A stretch of DNA of 64,000 nucleotides from Octopus sinensis (taxonomy: Eukaryota). Within the stretch, counting starts at the first letter, position 1. Each line of letters starts with the position of its first letter. A program made the position numbers and the translations under genes. The DNA lies in assembly GCF_006345805.1 (NCBI RefSeq), contig NC_042997.1, positions 34,720,001 to 34,784,000 on the forward strand, read 5' to 3'. The notes beneath the pieces are model-generated. The model saw only the letters and a list, made by a program, of their open reading frames with translations, was not told where the DNA came from and did no database searches. This document shows, piece by piece, positions 43,090-54,780 of the stretch.

Positions 43090-43614
43090 TCTTATATGAA
43101 GTAGACCTATGTGTGTTATTTGCTTTTCACGGGAAAACGGCTATTCGAATTGCTTCTATACTTCGGATGCATGAATTACTTGACCTTGGGTACATAATAG
43201 GGTCTTCAGTTTACATTTTCATTAAAACTAAATAGTATTGCTTTATATATATATGATTCACTTCTTTAGAAATGTTTCTCAATGTCAACTTCCAGTATTG
43301 ACGTAGCAACGGCGATATTTTCCGTTTTCATTTGCGAAACATCTCACTCACTATCTTAATCTTTTCATTTCAAGATTTAATTCGCTGTTTACAAGCAACT
43401 CCGATAAATTACTAAAAGAAATATTTACTAAGTTCACAAATTTCTCTTCAACCCGCACATTTCATTAATTTCCGTAACAAACTTTTCTTTATTTACTTTT
43501 TGAGCACTGTGTTCAGCTCAATGTATTTGTTGTCAGTCACACACGCACTCGTGTGCTTTTGTAAGTACGTTTGAATACATTTCTATATGTGTATGTATGT
43601 GTGTGTGTGTGTGC

Positions 43615-43661
<47 letters not shown>

Positions 43662-46460
43662 TGAACGGGTGTGTTGCCGTGTATATGTACATACATAAAT
43701 ACATATGCATACTTCATTTTTGCATGTATGTGTGCGTATATGCGTGTGTGAGAGAGAGAGAGAGAATGATATCTAAGTGGCATTTACTCTCTCTCTGTCT
43801 CTTTCTTTATTTATCTCTCTCACACTTACACACATGCGCACAGAAGAGATGTATGCATATTTGTTTATGCATGTAGGTATAAATGACAACACACCCCTTC
43901 ACACACTTTCCCTCTCACACACATACGTCCATTTCATCTGATGTTTGATAATGTATGTGTGTGCGCGGGTGTACACAATCTCCATTTATTTCAATCACTC
44001 ATGTGAAGATATTTCCGTAAATCATTTTTCATTTAATCCACATTTTAATCTTCAAAATTTTATCTTAATTTTCCGAAGATGTTGATGGTCATTATTTTAC
44101 ATTGAAGCAGGTAACCAGGATTAATGTTGACTTCTGCAACTCTGTTAATTCTATTAAGTATGTTTGCAAATATATAAACAAAGATGTTGATGCTGCAACA
44201 TACACTCTTATGCAGAATGGCAGTCAGCAGATAAATAGAAATGACGAAGTTGCACTGTATGACAGAGGAAGATACATCAGTACAAATGAAGCTTTTTGAC
44301 GCATTTTCAATTTTCCCATTCATGAGTGGCACCCAGTCATCATTCATCTGAGTGTACATCTAGAGAATGACAACCGAGTTATCTTTACAAAATAAACAAT
44401 CTGGCAACAAGCACTTTCTCCGAAAGAAACTAACCTTACTGCCTTTTTAAAGTTGTGTCAAGTAGATACATTTGCCAACAATTACCCAAGTATTACAACT
44501 GGAGAAGTAATAAATGGCACAAGTTGAAATGTGAGGCCGACACTCTTGCAAACCAGGCAGAATGCTACTTCTTACGGCTCCTTTTGGATGAAGTATGTGC
44601 TCCCAAATATTTCCAAAATTTGAGGAGAGTAAATTGTCATGTGCGTTGCACTTATAGGGAAGCATGCTATCAATAAGGTTTTTTTAGAAAATAATGAGCA
44701 TTGGGACCTTGCATTGACTAAAGCATCAGTATCAGATTTTAGAAGGAAACTCCGTAACCATTTTGCAATTATACTGAACATGTGTCAACTTAGCAGTCCC
44801 CTACAGCTTTGGATGAAACATCGCAAGGACACAGCTGAGGACTTAAAGCATGCAGTTCAACAGGCAAACCCTGGTATCAACATTCGGTTCTCTGAAGCAA
44901 TTTTTAACCCAACACTGATTGAAATTAAGGATTAAGTTTTGGCCATGAGAGGCAAAAATTTGCAAGAGTCTGACTCTGGACTGCCAAAAACAAACCGTTA
45001 AATTAATGATTTAACTTCAAGAGACATAGCAAGGGAGACAAACTATGACATCACAGAGTTGGCTGCATTTGTGAATGAACATGAATCTAAACTTCTTCCA
45101 GAACAACGTTGTGCATATGATAAAACTATTTCCTCAGTCAGAGAAAAAAAAAACAAAAAAAAAAACGGAGGTATTTTTGATTCTTGATGCTCCTGGTGGC
45201 ACAGGTAAAACATTTGTAACAACATTACTTCTTTCCAAGGTAAGGCAACAAAAACGAATTGCAGTTGCTGTAGTATCGTCTGGCATTGCTGCCACCATTC
45301 TCCCAGGAGGACGAACAGCTCATACAGCTTTTAAACTGCTGTCAAAGCTTGTCACAAATTACAGTTCGATTTGATCAAAGATTCAGGTTCAGCAATGTTG
45401 CGCCAATGCCACCTGATAATTTGGGTTGAATGCACCAGGTCACATAGAGGTGCATGGGAAACTCTTGATAAGACCTTACTAGACATAAGAGGCAACAATA
45501 AATCTATGGGAGGAGTTACATTAGTTTTATCAGGAGACTTCAGATAGATTTTATCAGTCATTCCGAGACTATAAGATCTAATGAAATAAAGAACAGAAAT
45601 TCTCTTTCAATACTGACGTATGAGCTTTATTACACAGGGACCATTATGTAGAACAGTTTTCAATCTGGCTCCTCCAATTTGGAAACGGGAAAGTATCATT
45701 TGATGGGAATGGTAATATCAATTTCGCTCATATTGCTAACATGGTGAATTCCCCCAGCTGAATTGAAAAACCAGGGTATTTCCAGTAATAATTATAATTC
45801 ATATAAATTGTTGTGTGAACGAGCAATTCTCGCTCAAGACAATGAGACAGTAGCAAGGATTAACCATGAATTAATGAATAATATTTCAACTAAGGAATAC
45901 AAATCAGTTGATTCAGTCCTTAGTGAAAATCAAGCTGGCCATTATACAACAGAGTTCCTTAATTCTATTGAACCACCTGGAACTCTTCCACATAAACATT
46001 TTCTGAAGTTAGGAATCCTAATAATGCTTCTAAGAAATTTAGAATCTCCTAAATTATGCAATGGGACAAGGTTGGTTGTAAAGACATTGTCACCTAATGT
46101 AATAGGAGCCACCATCATCACTGGATGTGCCTCGGGGAAGAGGTTTTCTTCCAAGAATTCCAGTCAGACCAAAAGAGTTGAGATAAAGAGAACACAATTC
46201 CCAGTACTACTTTGCTTCGCAAGGTCAATTAATAAAGCTCAAGGTCAGACTTTGCTTGCATTTCATTAAGCCTTGCTTTTTCATGGCCAACTTTATGTTG
46301 ATTGTTTCAGGGTTGGTAGTTTGCAACACTTATTTGTCTCTGTTCAAAACCAAAAATAAAAAAAAAGAATGTTGTTTACCAAGGAGCGCTTACGTAATTT
46401 AATTCAGCGTATGTTATAGAATGTATCTACCTTTGTAAAAGTGGTAATTTTGTATTTTCG

Positions 46461-46506
<46 letters not shown>

Positions 46507-46564
46507 TATTATTATTGTTTTTATGTTGTTGTTGTTGTTATTGTTGTTATTGTTGTTATTGTTA

Positions 46565-46608
<44 letters not shown>

Positions 46609-46766
46609 TTATTATTATTATTATTATTATTATTATGGATTCAGAATTGATTTCCCAAACTGAAGAATAAATGCATTTAGAACAACTTTCTATATACAAT
46701 ATTTTGCAATTTTCTTCAATATATGACACGATTTTATTCTCGGGCAACGCCGAATTCCTCTGCTAG
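43090..46766 (+). mobile_element. Helitron, internally deleted and decayed autonomous type (Rep C-terminus plus PIF1-like helicase remnants)
   Basis: INVDFCNSVNSIKYVCKYINK, RYISTNEAF, LDAPGGTGKTF (Walker A), SGIAATILPGGRTAH, GGVTLVLSGDFR, LRNL...KLCNGTRL, QFPVLLCFARSINKAQGQTL. 3' hairpin cgggcaacgccg then ctgCTAG|T. The 5' end (A|TC at 43090) is less certain. Confidence 0.88.
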
Positions 46767-46817
46767 TGTATATGTATATATATACACATATATGTATTAT
46801 ATATATATATATATAAA

Positions 46818-46878
<61 letters not shown>

Positions 46879-47066
46879 GTATATATAATCATATATATAT
46901 ATTATGTGAAATAGAAAGATGAATAATCTTGTAGTAGATTAATCAAAAGTTTAACCGATACCTAGTAGCAAAAATCACAGCAGTGAACAGCACGGTTGGA
47001 GTACAACCATCTGGCGTTGCAACCGTGCGTTGGTGCGGATAATTGAAATTAAAACATTATTGAATT

Positions 47067-47240
47067 GAAGAAATGAGCTGAACGCAGATTGAACAGAATC
47101 GTTTTATTTCATTCTACACGTGTTCGAAAGGCACAAATTGGTCCCATTATTCATCGGATTTTGGTAATTTGTGCCTTTCGAAACACGTGTAGAATGAAAT
47201 AAAACGATTTCTGTTCAATCTGCTTCAGCTCCATTTCTTC
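47067..47240. repeat. Fold-back element: ~73-bp inverted arms, 26-nt loop
   Basis: Arms 47067-47139 and 47166-47240 differ only by a few single-base indels. Confidence 0.95.
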
Positions 47241-47253
47241 ATTCACCATAATG

Positions 47254-47338
<85 letters not shown>

Positions 47339-47370
47339 TATACATATATATAATATATATATATATTATA

Positions 47371-47405
<35 letters not shown>

Positions 47406-47434
47406 GTATATGTATGCATGTATATAGATATAGG

Positions 47435-47850
47435 TGCAGGCGTGGCTGTGTCCATAGGCGCCGACATAGCCGTGTGGATATCGCAGGCGTGGCTAATGTC
47501 ATAAGAACGTATCTTCTCAACCACTTGGTACTGGGTTCAGTCACACTGCATGGCACCTTGGGCAAGTGTCTTCTACTACAGCCTTGGGGCGTCGTGATAT
47601 TATGTATGAAGCCCGTCGAGTATATATATGTATATTTATGTGCGTGTCTCTGTTTGTCCCCCACCATCGCTTGACAACGGTCTTGGTATGTTTACATCTC
47701 CGTAACTTAGTGGTTCGAAAATAGATCCGAGAGAATAAATACGTTTACAAAAATCAATCCTGGGGTCGATTTCTTCGACTAATTCACTTTAAGGCGGTGC
47801 CCTAGCATGACTGCAGTCATATGACTGAAACATGTAAAAATAATACAAGA
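47435..47850 (+). mobile_element. SINE family B, decayed
   Basis: ggcaccttgggcaagtgtcttctac...cctggggtcgatttcttcgact...gcagtcatatgactgaaaca. Confidence 0.8.
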
Positions 47851-48148
47851 ATAAAGGAATATATTTTTATTTCTATTTTTTGTTTCTTGTATTTATATTC
47901 GTGTGGCATCGTCCGTTTTTCTGTCCTTGTTTCGTATACATTCGATTCTTTTTCCAAGAAATCTAATGCTCGGAGCTTAGTTTTTCCTTGGGGCTGGCCG
48001 GATCGGAGCGATATCAGGATTAATCAGCCGAAATTGCTAAGATGATCCGGTTCCTGACTGACGATTAGAGGCATCGAATGACCTGTCTTCTTTTTGTGTC
48101 GTCTCTTTGTGTAGTTTGCGTTCTTGTCCCATTTTATATATAAGTTTT

Positions 48149-48180
<32 letters not shown>

Positions 48181-48189
48181 GGTTAATGT

Positions 48190-48338
48190 GAGACGAAAGA
48201 TGGAAGATACGAGAATTTTTTATTAACCATTACAATTGTTCCGACTCATCTAACAACCCACGTGAGGGGCCGATTCCCGATGGATCAAAATAATTTTTGT
48301 GATTAATAAAAATCCTCGTCTCTTCCATCATCCGTCTC
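48190..48338. repeat. Older fold-back element, ~60-bp diverged arms
   Basis: gagacgaaagatggaagatacgagaattttttatta is inverted as taataaaaatcctcgtctcttccatcatccgtctc. Confidence 0.8.
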
Positions 48339-48459
48339 TCAAAAACCGAACACTGTGAAAGGGATCGTGCTTTAGCAGTAAGTTACCAAGTATTAACCAT
48401 TCGTTTTGTTATATAATATATATACATGCATAATACATACATACATATACATGCATACA

Positions 48460-48517
<58 letters not shown>

Positions 48518-48619
48518 TGTATGCATATATATGTGTGTGTAGATATATATATATATATACAACTTCGGTCTATCTCCTCTCTCTCCCTCTCTATGAATAT
48601 ATGTATATATATGTATATA

Positions 48620-48709
<90 letters not shown>

Positions 48710-49215
48710 AACGGAGAGAGATATATGGCTGTATAATATTGATATCACGTAAAGTAATCTAAACTTTGCAACGTTTAATTAACGTAAGGAATTATTAATA
48801 AGCTTCTAAACTAGTTGGATCGGTCTATTTTTTCGGCTTCATTTCGAAATACTTCCGAATATGTATACTTGGTTACTTTCATCAGGTGACTACATACTTA
48901 AAATAGCTATACTTGTACGTTTGCATTATATTTATAATAATTATCCTATCGCCGTATCGATTTCATAAATTAATTATTCATTTGTATTTGTTCTCAGCTC
49001 ATGCAGTCTTATGAAATGTCTATAAGCTGTTTCTCTTTCTATGTTTAAGAATGAATAATGAATAATTATGATGTGTTATATATACTGAAATTAGTAAAAG
49101 TGGTATGTTTTTGCAATTTGATAAAAAATATTCTTATTTATCCGTAGATCTTTCAATCAAGCCTCCGAATTAGTGAAATTGGTCCTATTACTTTCAGGAA
49201 ACTACTTCCTTTAAT

Positions 49216-49525
49216 CACGTTATCATGTGACCGACAAGAGCATCAGATGTTGTTACACATCGCTGGTCACAATGCGTTCGCATTGTTTTAGCCTTCGAAT
49301 GACGCCACGCCACCCCGCTGGCTAAGCGAGCAGGCCAACAGAAAAAAGAGTGGGAGAAAGAGTGGTGAAAGAGTACAGCAGGGATCACCACCCCCTGCCG
49401 GATCCTCGTGGAACTTTTAGGTGTTTTCGCTCAATAAACACTCACAACGCCCGGTCTGGGAATCGAAACCGCGATCCTGCGACCGCGAGTCCGCTGCCCT
49501 AACCACTAGGCCATTGCGGCTCCAC
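49216..49525 (-). mobile_element. SINE family C (tail type 2, RTE-like), with TSD
   Basis: Head and body nearly identical to 8870-9047. 12-bp TSD acttcctttaat at 49204-49215 and 49526-49537. Confidence 0.9.
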
Positions 49526-50049
49526 ACTTCCTTTAATAAATTTCCCAAATGGTATAAATCTACGCAAGGCAAGGTAAAAATTCTGGAAATAGAATCCTAT
49601 CTTCAGAATCTGAGTAGGCGACGAAGCGCAACTGCACTGTAATGCACATGCCGTAATTCAGTCGTCGAAAGAAGGCAATTATGCTGCAAAACGAATATGT
49701 TGACCGTGTTTACTCTTTAAAACCAAAACGAACGACCTTAAATAGCCTTAGTTTATTTTCTCAAGAGAACATCTGACAGCAATACACAACGCTAGTTACA
49801 AAAGACTAATCATCGACAATAATCCCAGGTGAGGGATTAGACCAAAATTCAAATCGATATGGCAGGCAGGATGAACTCCCGGAATCTCAAAACTTTCCGA
49901 GCTAGAGATCCATGTGTCACCATTGTATTCAAAAACTTCGAATGGTTTTTACCTAGTGTACATTTGCTTCATTTGTTTCTCTACTCGTAACGGATAACGA
50001 GAATTGAGGAACGGGAATGTGTAGATGAACAAACATGCGTTCCTACACA

Positions 50050-50086
50050 CAAAATACATACATACATACATGCATGAATGCATACA

Positions 50087-50118
<32 letters not shown>

Positions 50119-50265
50119 CATACATACACATACATACATACATACATACATACATACATACATACATACATACATACATACATACATACATGCATACATA
50201 CATACATACATGTATACATACATACATACATACATGCATACATACATACATGCATACATACATAC
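50050..50265. repeat. (TACA)n microsatellite
   Basis: Seen directly. Confidence 0.95.
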
Positions 50266-50269
50266 CTGA

Positions 50270-50400
50270 TGCAGGAAAAGCAGTAAAATGTGACAACCCA
50301 AGCAGAATTTGTGGAGTTCACACTGAAGATATCACTCACATCATAAGCATTTCTCCGAAAATGTCATCACGGTATTATCTACCGATGAGACAATGTTGCC
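50270..50400 (+). mobile_element. RLE-type LINE fragment (further family), zinc-knuckle remnant
   Basis: KCDNPSRICGVHTEDITHIISISPKMSSRYYLPMR resembles C..C....E...HI...C....Y..RH of RLE LINEs. Adjacent 50.4-51.95 kb may be more decayed LINE (unresolved). Confidence 0.55.
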
Positions 50401-52022
50401 AGGACACTAATATTGATAACTCCATCAACACTGACAACAACGTATGAAGTATTACGAAAGCTGTAAGTTATTTAAGGAAATGTAAATACTCTTGTCATTT
50501 CACTTGGTGTTGACGTTTAAATCAAGATCTAATTTTGTGCTATTGAAAAGCCCGAGATCACCTGTCTATCCTCAAAAATATCTTAGCTGCTGAAATATAC
50601 CTGGACGAAGTTTATCCAAACTTAAACTATTTTGGGGTATAACAGTTTCAGCAATAAGCATATGTTTTTCTGTGTAGCAAAGAAAAAATAATGGCTATTA
50701 CAGTTGGCAAGTGTTATTCCAACTCTCTTGGTGCTAACCGACCTTATCAAAAACATAGTGGACCGGCTTAAATTTGCAATAGGAGAGTTCGGAAATAATG
50801 TAAAGAAACCACTGTCACCATCAATCAACTCACGTATATCCCCACATGAAACATATTCTAAGATAGATTGCAGTAAGAATATTTTGAAAACAGAAATCGT
50901 TAAAAGAAAAAAAAACTTTTCTTCGTTTCCCAAACCGTCGTTGGGCGACAAGCACGTCTTGACGGGATGAAATGAAAGCCACATACTGACGTGATAAATG
51001 TTTTCGATAATGTTGTTGAACATATGGAATCATGTATTGTGGAAAATTAATAACGTCATATAAACGGTTGCTATTATTCTTAAAGAAGACAGAGGAGAAA
51101 CTTGCAGAGTACGTGCTAATGAAATTACTGAAGGAAAACTACCCAAATGGTAAACAAAGCCTGAATTAAACATCAACAATCTGTGCCGACATACATGAAA
51201 GTTGGTCAGGATAATGAAAGGTAACGGAGATGAGCTAAGGCCTCACCAATTATATCATGCAGAACAGCACAATTCTAGTCCATTCTTCACACCAAGCTAA
51301 TGAATGGAAGCTAATTGCTTTAAAGTGCGAACAGGATGTTGAGTTAAAAACTTCGATATAGTAGAGAAATATTTGAGAGAGCCAACTGAAATCACATGTT
51401 TGCTTCCAACTCAGGCCTTGTAACGGAAGATGAAGGATGACAATATCATCGTTAAAAATTCTTTCCCGAGGAAGACCTCCAAACATTCTGCCTTAAGATC
51501 TAGAAACAAAAGGTCTAGAACAAACGAAATGCATCGAGGCTAAATACTGTTAGGAAAGAATACCAACAACAACAACAGCAAAACATGTGCAATCGATCAT
51601 GAAGCTTTCGCTATACCTATAAGTAACCTATATAATCTGAAGACGGCTGGAAGAATCATTTTATTGGATACTGGCACGAAATGATAATCTTTTAAAGAAT
51701 ATCATTTATACATATATTCAAAAGAATTATGGAAGGCCAGATTGACATACCAAATGCTTGTTACAGACAAATTTTGTAGCCAAGAGGGAACTGCTAATTT
51801 GGTAGAAAACCTAGGGTCCGTTGATTCCTCAAATATTATGTACAATGTTTTTGCCAGCAGTCTAAACCAATTCCTGGCGGATCATTTTGGGTGCAACAAA
51901 TTTGTTATTAAAGAGCATATGTAAATATACGGCATAACTTTCCTTAATTACTGGGTCAGCAGCGTGTTTTCTTGGATGTATATATAATATATATATACAT
52001 GTATATAAATATATACATATAT

Positions 52023-52060
<38 letters not shown>

Positions 52061-52070
52061 ATGTGTGTGT

Positions 52071-52767
52071 GTATTCGCATGTATAAATGTATGACCGTCT
52101 GTATGTGTGCGTGTTTGTATGCGTATGCGTGCATAGATAGGTATTTCTCTAACTGGTACAATAGTACTGTCGAAGAAAATATCACATATAGTATATATTG
52201 GCTTTAGAAAATAAAATGTAGACTCAGACAATAAAAATGAACATGAAAGAAAATAATTGTAAAATGCTATAAAACATAATTTCTATAATTCAAAAATATA
52301 ACACTCTCGTTGCACCAATTTTCTTATCTTCTGATTTAAATTAACGAATGTTTGTAACGTATACCGTACGCCACTTAAAAAACTTGAACCCACATAATAA
52401 ATCCACGTTGTGTCACTTGTTACAATAGACTAAAACAACGATAACACGATACCAAAAGAGTCAACTCATAATTATCTTTTTTGAGTTTAATCAGCTCAAT
52501 CTTGGAAGTGAAATCCAGTTGACGGAAACAATGTATAAGAAAATCGGATAAGTTATATCAGTAATTGCTCAGACCAGCGGTGTTACACTGTATCACACTA
52601 TTTCTAGCCGACGATTACATTACTGATAATTACAAGCGTGTTGGTATTCTCACTCGCTGACAAAACCGACTGTTCTTATATAAAACTTTAAAACAAATCT
52701 ATACATGTATGTATTCGTCTAATCAATCCATATGTATATATATATATATATATATACACATACACAC

Positions 52768-52805
<38 letters not shown>

Positions 52806-52813
52806 CAAACACA

Positions 52814-52905
<92 letters not shown>

Positions 52906-53224
52906 CAAGTCATGTATGCGTTTATACTACATGCCAGATATAATATATATATCTGAGATATCTGGCTGTCTGCTTGACTGTCTCTCTCCTTTCTTTCAGA
53001 CACACATGCACTCAAGAAACACAGTCACATAAACACATACGTTCCGTTTCAAATCTCGCACTTGTTCACTGATCTAGAGTATCATACATCATTCCTAAAT
53101 CAATAAAATAATTACTAGCTACCATGTAATCAACTATATCTTAGAAGGCGATACCTCAGAATAGCTCCTGTCTAAAGTAGTGAAAAAAGAAATGTATATT
53201 AATATATATATATATATATATTTG

Positions 53225-53277
<53 letters not shown>

Positions 53278-53278
53278 T

Positions 53279-53310
<32 letters not shown>

Positions 53311-53338
53311 ATATGCATATATATATGTGTACATATAA

Positions 53339-53369
<31 letters not shown>

Positions 53370-53602
53370 GTGTATGTGTGTGTGTGTGTGTGTGTACATA
53401 TTCGCATGTGTAAATGTATGTCCGTCTGTATGTGCACGTGTTTGTGTGCGTATGTGTGCATAGATAGGTATTTCTCTAACTGGTACAGTAGTACTGTAGA
53501 AGAAAATATCACATATAGTATATATTGGCTTTAGAAAATAAATGTAGACTCAGACAATAAAAATGAACATGAAAGAAAATATTTGTAAAATGCTATAAAA
53601 CA
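52071..53602 (+). repeat. Local direct duplication of ~210 bp (52071-52278 and 53397-53602)
   Basis: Near-identical catagataggtatttctctaactggtac...gactcagacaataaaaatgaacatgaaagaaaat blocks 1.33 kb apart. Confidence 0.9.
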
Positions 53603-54231
53603 AATATATTTTGCTTGTTGTTCAAACTATGTTCTCGAAGAAAAAGAAACAGTTTAGAAATAAATGCCATACGAATATCAAATACATGGCTATCAGATAA
53701 ATCAATGCTTCATGATGACTTGACAAAATACATCAGAAGAAGAGAAAAACGGACGAGTCTTTAGTGTTCTTACGTTCATTGTCACTGAACCAAAAATATA
53801 ATACAGCGTTTGCGGTACTTCTGTTTAAAATGAAATAATACACATATAACTAACTCACTATAGTTAGAAATCGATCGATCGCAATTTTGTTTTAAACATT
53901 ATTTCAAGCTTTTATAAAACAAAGTAACCTTATATTGCTAAATTTTAGTCAACAAAATATACCTTGTTCTACACCTAATATTCTTGGTATGAATCTGATC
54001 GGTCAAAGAGTTTAATTAACATCTAATTTGGTCAAAGTAATGTGGTTGAAGGCAAAGTTGTAAAGATAAGATTCCAATACACGAATATTACACGCACATA
54101 CATACACACACACACACACGCACATACACACACACATCACACACACAGCGCACAGATACACACACACAAATACAAACACACACACACACGCACGCACACA
54201 CACACATACACACACACAAGCAATGGGCAGA

Positions 54232-54388
54232 TATGGAATTTTCTATATTTTAATATAAGAGAGAATTTTTTCTACACAGTAACTACAGTGAATGTATTTA
54301 CATTTGACGGATATTTGTCCTAATCTTGTTTGTTGTTAACACAACGCTTCAGCTGATGTACCCTCCAGGTTTCATCAGGTGTCTTGTA

Positions 54389-54433
<45 letters not shown>

Positions 54434-54475
54434 GTCACGTCACTGCCTTGAATCGAACCCCTACGCCATATGCCC
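54232..54475 (-). mobile_element. tRNA-headed SINE with hammerhead-like tail (left, deleted copy)
   Basis: Reverse complement: gggcatatggc..ggttcgattc..gtgac, (AAT)n, caagacacCTGATGAaacctg..cagctGAAGcgttgtgtt...atatccgtcaaatgtaaat. Confidence 0.8.
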
Positions 54476-54477
54476 AC

Positions 54478-54568
54478 GGGCATATGGCTGAGTGGTTAAC
54501 AGCGCGAGCTACTAACTCCGAGATGCCAAGTTCGATTCCATGTAGTGACCTGAATAATAATAATAATA

Positions 54569-54615
<47 letters not shown>

Positions 54616-54780
54616 GGAATGAGAACCCAGGTTCCAAATTTCCCCAAGACACCTGATGAAGGCTGGAGAGTATATCAGCCTAAACGTTGTGTTAACAACA
54701 AACAAGTTGACACATATCCGTCAAATGTAAATAATGTAAGTAATGTACATAATTTCTCATCTCTTAAATATAGAACTGTA
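54478..54780 (+). mobile_element. tRNA-headed SINE with internal (AAT)n and hammerhead-like tail (right copy)
   Basis: A box tggctgagtgg (54485-54495), B box gttcgattcc (54530-54539), (AAT)n, hammerhead-like core at 54648-54693; first TTTT at 54794. Confidence 0.85.
54648..54693 (+). ncRNA. Type I hammerhead ribozyme-like motif (this copy has G12 mutated to T)
   Basis: gacac-CTGATGA-a-ggctg(gagagtatat)cagcc-TAAA-cgtt-gtgtt. Stem I is gacac/gtgtt, stem II is ggctg/cagcc, and helix III is the palindrome AACGTT. Confidence 0.6.

Noticed and set aside
48050-48095. CTGACGA within a GC-richer island (47860-48140)
   Set aside because: No GAAA or stems. The island is probably a repeat, but it is single-copy here and cannot be classified.
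50622-51950. ORFs at 50622-51023 and 50704-50970 and the following block as a host gene
   Set aside because: No recognisable domain and frequent stops; more likely decayed LINE sequence next to the 50.27-kb fragment.
53774-53820. 47-nt minus-strand segment with good splice signals, close in size to the short nAChR exon 3
   Set aside because: The open frames (STANAVLYFWFSDNE; VPQTLYYIFGSVTMN) do not resemble any nAChR extracellular segment.
54478-54550. Functional tRNA gene
   Set aside because: A and B boxes are present, but no proper acceptor stem can form; this is a SINE head. The same applies to the heads at about 8975-9047 and 49450-49525.
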